Positions 59,605-64,000 of a stretch of DNA of 64,000 nt are shown one piece after another. A program made the position numbers and the translations under genes. The notes under the pieces are model-generated. The model had not been told where the DNA came from. It saw only the letters and a list, made by a program, of their open reading frames with translations, and searched no databases. The DNA lies in NCBI RefSeq assembly GCF_964355755.1, contig NC_092679.1:15607432-15671431 (forward strand). The letters run 5' to 3'. Within the stretch, counting starts at the first letter, position 1; the number at the start of each line of letters is the position of its first letter. Source of the DNA: Antedon mediterranea. Its lineage: Eukaryota; Animalia; Echinodermata.

Positions 59605-60730
59605 TCACTGTGCTCAAATATACCAAAATGACTATAGTTGAGTACAGTGTTAAACTGGATCGTACATTAATGTTATTTGTTGTATATTGTTAAGTTTATC
59701 CTATTCTTTATCACTGTGCTCAAGTATACCAAAATGACTATAGTTGAGAACAGTGTTAAACTGGATCGTACATTAATGTTTTTTGTTGTATATTGTTAAG
59801 TTTATCCTATTCTTTATCACTGTTCTCAAGTATACCAAAATGACTATAGTTGAGAACAGTGTTAAACTGGATCGTACATTAATGTTTTTTGTTGTATATT
59901 TTTAAGTTTATCCTATTCTTTATCACTGTGCTCAAGTATACCAAAATGACTATAGTTGAGAACAGTGGTAAACTGGATCGTACATTAATGTTATTTGTTG
60001 TATATTATTAAGTTTATCCTATTCTTTATCACTGTGCTCAAGTATACCAAAATGACTATAGTTGAGAACAGTGTTAAACGGGATCGTACATTAATGTTAT
60101 TTGTTGTATATTGTTAAGTTTATCCTATTCTTTATCACTGTGCTCAAGTATACCAAAATGACTATAGTTGAGAACAGTGTTAAACGGGATCGTACATTAA
60201 TGCTATTTGTTATATATTATTAAGTTTATCCTATTCTTTATCACTGTGCTCAAGTATACCAAAATGACTATAGTCGAGAACAGTGTTAAACGGGATCATA
60301 CCTTAATGCTATTTGTTGTATATTATTAAGTTTATCCTATTCTTTATCACTGTGCTTAAGTATACCAAAATGACTATAGTTGAGAACAGTGTTAAACTAC
60401 ATCGTACATTAATGTTATTTGTTGTATATTGTTAAGTTTATCCTATTCTTTATCACTGTGCTCAAGTATACCAAAATGACTATAGTTGAGAACAGTGTTA
60501 AACGGGATCATACATTAATGTTATTTGTTGTATAATGTTAAGTTTATCCTATTCTTTATCACTGTTCTCAAGTATACCAAAATGACTATAGTTGAGAACA
60601 GTGTTAAACTGGATCGTACATTAATGTTTTTTTTGTATATTGTTAAGTTTATCCTATTCTTTATCACTGTGCTCAAGTATACCAAAATGACTATAGTTGA
60701 GAACAGTGTTAAACGGGATCGTACATTAAT
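59605..60730 (-). repeat. 106-bp satellite, ~10.5 copies, inverted relative to the left arm
   Basis: Reverse complement of the 55552-58340 unit: TCACTGTGCTCAAGTATACCAAAATGACTATAGTTGAGAACAGTGTTAAACTGGATCGTACATTAATG... Confidence 0.97.
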
Positions 60731-61312
60731 TTTATCCTTTGCTTTACTGTGCTTTGATTTGATAAGCAAGTTTGGTTGCCCCGCCCCCATATGCTGCCTA
60801 CTAAATTAGGATTCCCTAGCTTTTCTATAAAAATTGAAGTACCCACAATGCACGTTATACGGAAGTCATAGTCTTGTAAAATACAGACACAATAGTTTTT
60901 ATCGTATTGTTTTCATTTAAATATCACTAAGATTGTCTTAAACTACAAACAACTAAAATTAGTGAAGGTATGCAAGTGATTCTAAATATTTATTACTGGT
61001 AGTATTAATACAATTTGGATTATATCATTTTCCAGAAAGGTAGAAAAAAACATAAAATAGTTGAGAATTCTCAACTAGCCAGGATGGTATAGGAAATATA
61101 GCTCCCACATTATAGCAATGTTCCTGCAGTAGATCCGAATTTTACAATTTAGATATTGTATCCAGACGTTAAATTGGCTAGCGCGCATGTTAAAAGTATA
61201 CTTTATTTTAAAACGTATGGATTGTTAATCGGATAAAATGGATTGGATATGATCAGTGCTGTAGGAGTGCGTTTTTGTAAACAAAACATTTAAATTGTCT
61301 TTTTATTTCATA

Positions 61313-63512
61313 ATGTCTACCGAAGTCGAGAAAAAAATTACATACAATGACATTGAACAATTCTGCATTCAAGGGGTGTGTATTTACTGGTGCATGATTG
61401 CATTCATGCATAATAGTTACGAGGAAGGACTTTAGCTAAAATTAAAAAAAAGTATAAGTAGGGCCTAGGCCTAATATATTACTAGTTAAGCTGTAGGGGA
61501 TAATATAAATATAATACAATATTAGTATTAGGCCTACCCTATCTACCAACTACTAGGCTCCTAAGCAGTATAGTTAGCCAGCTAGTATAACCCTCCAAAA
61601 ATTCATTATGACTGTCATCTATACTGATCCTCAGAATTTGGTTACAAAATAAACCTTTATTTTAAAAGAAATTTGTTTCTATTTTAAAACGTTGCTCTAT
61701 CTCTTCGCATTCGACATGGTCAACCGGTTGGCCTGTCACGATAAATATTGTCCGGGGCCAAAATCGGTCCGGCAGGACCAGTTTTGGCTCTAAAATTGTG
61801 GCCAAAAGCAGTCTGCCACTGCCAAAATCGGTCCGGGTTTTTCTTCTGTCGATTTTAATTGAATTACTAGGCCTATGATGCTGTTTTAAGTTGTTTATGG
61901 CTAGAAAAATATCCCATGATATATATTAGTAAGTTATCTTGTCGGATAAATACTATAAATAAATGTATTTTATCTAAAAACATGACTTAGGTGTTCACTC
62001 ATATTTCGGCCTGCCACACACTCACACGAACGGGTATGAGACGCTGATATTGCCAGCTAGATTTTATTTATGATTGAGGCCTGTTTCCTTCCTCAGCCTA
62101 ATCAATATTGGATAATTGTTTTATAATAATTGTATTGAATTGATATATTGATTGATTAACCATAAATAATTAATAAATTAAATTGTTTTTAACATCATGG
62201 GGAAACGAAGATGTTAAAAAAGAACAAAATGGATTAAAAACAGGCAGATACATATTGTATACAAAAGCCTAACAATTAGTACTAATTATTGATGAGTTAC
62301 TACTAATAATAATTAAAAAAACAGGCTTAATTTATAATATTAAAATAACAAATAAAACCCTGTAGTTTTCAATATAATGACTAATCATGGCATTTTTTTA
62401 ATGATATATACATTATGACTCATTTTGCGCACCATATATTTGTAAGACCGGACCAGTTTTGGCGGCCAAAATTGGTCCGGCCGGACAGGTTTTGGCAGCC
62501 ATAAATGGTCCCCCGGACTGATTTTGGCAGCCAAAACTGGTCCGCCGGACCAATTTTGGCCCGGACTGATTTTGGTGTGACAGGCCGTTAAAAAAGTAAA
62601 CAAAAATTAGACGCATGATAACCATGCTGATCAGAAAAAAAATTGGTTCGACATATGGTACAGTTTCGACATGCTCATAGCCTCCATGTAAAAAATATTA
62701 ACTATACGCACAGTAAACAGTGCTGAAAATAAGCAAATAATACATTTTTGTTTTCAGGTACCTTCAAAAGCATTCTATATTCCAAACTTTATTACTCCAG
62801 AGGAAGAAAAATATATGCAACATCAGGTATTATTTTCAACTTCATAAATCAAATCACCTCAGCACTCACTCAGTAACGCCGATCAAAATCTTCTCTCCAA
62901 TCCAGATGCGAACCAGATCACCTTTTAATAGCTAAAATGCTGTACTAATTTTTATGGACTATTCATATGTTAGAATCAAACCATTAATTACCCCCATCCC
63001 CCCTCCATCCCATGGTATTAAACAATTTTCCCTGTCTAATATTTATTAAGCTACTTACAGTTTCTATAACAGATGACATTGTAAGCTGGTCTATTGCACA
63101 AAAATTCTTATACATAACTCATCATGATTTATATGTACCTTGCTAAAAAAATGTCAAATGTGGACAGTGTTCCCAAAACAGCATGGAAGGCAGAATCCTA
63201 ATCTCATTGTGTTCTGAAGAGATCAGTACAAGTTTACTAATAAATTTGCAATTCAACAAATTGTAAACTGTATTGCTTTATTTACTTACTGAATAGGTAT
63301 ATTATGGAACTCCAAAACCACAGTGGACAACTCTTTTGAACCGAAGACTTCAGCAATGGGGTAAATGTTTATATTAATTACCAAAACTGATATTAAACAA
63401 ATCAGTACAGATACAATGTGATATAATTAACTACCATATTAAAATGTTTCCTTCGTTTTTCCTAGGAGGAAACCCACACCCCAAAGGAATGGTGCGAGAA
63501 AAAATACCACAG
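61313..63512 (+). CDS. ALKBH6: AlkB homolog 6 (2-oxoglutarate/Fe dioxygenase), first four coding exons; continues beyond the right edge
   Basis: Exons 61313-61375, 62758-62826, 63297-63360, 63466-63512. Product MSTEVEKKITYNDIEQFCIQG-VPSKAFYIPNFITPEEEKYMQHQ-VYYGTPKPQWTTLLNRRLQQWG-GNPHPKGMVREKIPQ matches the ALKBH6 pattern YYVPDFIS.EEE...[26 protein letters not shown]. Exon 1 is less certain. Confidence 0.9.
61734..62582. mobile_element. Non-autonomous TGT...ACA DNA element with 4-bp TSD (Ginger-like) in ALKBH6 intron 1
   Basis: GGCC|TGTCAC ... GTGACA|GGCC. Both ends carry arrays of GCCAAAA(T/C)nGGTCC / GGACCAGTTTTGGC subterminal repeats. Confidence 0.7.
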
Positions 63513-63690
63513 GTACTTTGTACATGCTAAATTATATATTGGCACGGTCAACTGTTCCAATGGCGTGCATGCATATACTTTATTTTCTATTTGAACAGTC
63601 AACCCTGCATTTTATGTAAAAAAGTTTTTTATCATGCGCCTCATTCCCTGTGCCGACTAAATTAAAGCAGCAAAATCCAAGTCAACAAAG

Positions 63691-63947
63691 GCATGGTCGA
63701 CTGTGCCAATAGCCAACACACAATATATTGTTTGTCTGCATGGTCGACTGTACCAATAGCCAACACACAATATATTGTTTGTCTGCATGGTCCACTGTGC
63801 CAATAGCCAACACACAATATATTGTTTGTCTGCATGGTCCACTGTGCCAATAGCCAACACACAAGATATTGTTTGTCTGCATGGTCCTCTGTGCCAATAG
63901 CCACCACACAATAAATTCTTTGTCTGCATGGTCCACTGTGCCAATAG
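63691..63947. repeat. 47-bp tandem repeat, ~5.4 copies
   Basis: GCATGGTCCACTGTGCCAATAGCCAACACACAATATATTGTTTGTCT starting at 63691, 63738, 63785, 63832, 63879 and 63926. Confidence 0.95.
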
Positions 63948-64000
63948 AAAATTAAGTAATATGTACAATTGGCCTCATCCATAAAGTAGAGTATGCCCAA

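Larger units (their letters stand above)
55222..61091. mobile_element. Foldback-like non-autonomous DNA transposon (~5.87 kb) with inverted internal satellite arms
   Basis: 35-bp inverted termini TATACCA(AAT)TGGCTAGTTGAGAATTCTCAACTAT (55222-55256) and ATAGTTGAGAATTCTCAACTAGCCA(GGA)TGGTATA (61057-61091). The outer TA is probably the TSD. No transposase ORF. Confidence 0.75.

Noticed and set aside
55552-60730. CRISPR-like array, or protein-coding ORFs (MLYIVKFILFF...) in the 106-bp repeats
   Set aside because: Units are contiguous with no unique spacers, there are no cas genes, and the context is eukaryotic. The ORFs are by-products of the repeat, whose unit length is not a multiple of 3.
63657-64000. 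Cys/Trp-rich repetitive ORFs on the minus strand
   Set aside because: Generated by a 47-bp tandem repeat within an ALKBH6 intron.

Overview
AT-rich, intron-rich eukaryotic genomic DNA from an invertebrate metazoan. A deuterostome such as an echinoderm is my inference from the protein sequences and repeat types. I assembled six spliced genes by hand from GT-AG junctions with consistent phase. (1) The first coding exon of a PP2A B56 subunit (PPP2R5, minus strand; the rest runs off the left edge). (2) Complete TOMM20 (minus, 5 exons). (3) A 17-exon, ~1031-aa gene on plus, head-to-head with TOMM20, with four SPRYD3-like SPRY domains, a degenerate TIR-like domain and a C-terminal CaaX box. (4) A CXorf65/C22orf15-family gene (minus, 5 exons). 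(5) Complete Dicer (minus, 14 coding exons, ~1696 aa). (6) The 5' exons of ALKBH6 (plus). Non-coding highlights: a ~5.9-kb foldback-like element with inverted satellite arms between Dicer and ALKBH6; a ~135-bp-stem hairpin plus a tandem array just downstream of the Dicer stop; Penelope-type hammerhead ribozymes, one with a G3:C8 core swap; and many MITEs and SINEs. There are also pervasive TA-to-TACWGTA, TAGGCCTA or TACGGTA micro-insertions that look like transposon excision footprints. No CRISPR array, rRNA or intact tRNA gene was found. All family calls are from motif recognition, not database searches.
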